Below, piece by piece: positions 63,548-64,000 of a stretch of DNA of 64,000 nt. Position numbers and translations under genes: made by a program. Position 1 is the stretch's first letter; every line of letters begins with the position of its first letter. This DNA is from Macrostomum hystrix (Eukaryota > Animalia > Platyhelminthes). The notes under the pieces were generated by a model. It did not search any database. It had not been told where the DNA came from and saw nothing but the letters and a program-made list of their open reading frames with translations. Where the stretch lies: assembly GCA_950097015.1 (NCBI GenBank), contig CATNEN010000038.1, positions 5,146,001-5,210,000 on the forward strand. The letters are read 5' to 3'.

Positions 63548-64000
63548 CCACTTGTCTGATCAGATGCTTGCTCGATAAAAAATATCGCTGGCTGAAAACT
63601 ATTGATCAAACTGCATGCCTAAAGAACAGTATACATCATTTGACTACAAGCTTAAGATTAGAATTTTGCTAGGTCACAGGTCACAGCTAGCAAATCACAG
63701 GTACAGGTAAATCTTCTAATTCTTGATATGCAAGTAAAGTCTAAATCAAAAAAGCATGGCAGTCAAAAAAAGAAGAATATTTTGTCTTTTTTTACAATTA
63801 GAATGTCATTAAATGTGATGCTTGAAAATCATTAAATTATATTGATAAATGATCAGCACCACAAGATAGCTTTTGTATAGACCGTGTCAAACTAGAAGTC
63901 TAGCTATACTTACTAACTATAATTAAAAGCCTTTGAACTCCATAAAAAAAGGGATTCAAAGAGCAAGACAATGTCTGTCTTACATTGCTTAGAAAATGAC

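Overview
Eukaryotic (animal) genomic DNA with intron-containing genes, abundant 16-30 bp minisatellites, microsatellites, two tRNA-derived SINE families and decayed non-LTR retrotransposons. The repeat landscape and gene style suggest a free-living flatworm such as Macrostomum; this is an inference, not shown by the sequence. Gene models were assembled by hand from in-phase GT-AG junctions. They are: a polyQ-containing unknown gene (-), a 4-exon GT32/DXD glycosyltransferase (+), a small MATH-like ORF (+), TNFAIP8/TIPE (+), a 3-exon delta-type protocadherin (-), a 5-exon Toll-like receptor (-), a coiled-coil membrane protein with a 30-bp coding repeat (-), and MBLAC1 (-), whose second intron is an almost pure 4-kb satellite. 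The most striking observation is the TLR. It has a multiple-cysteine-cluster ectodomain and a degenerate TIR, and it can be spliced in frame to a second, SARM1-like TIR that keeps a candidate catalytic glutamate. This would give a tandem-TIR, possibly enzymatic, Toll receptor.
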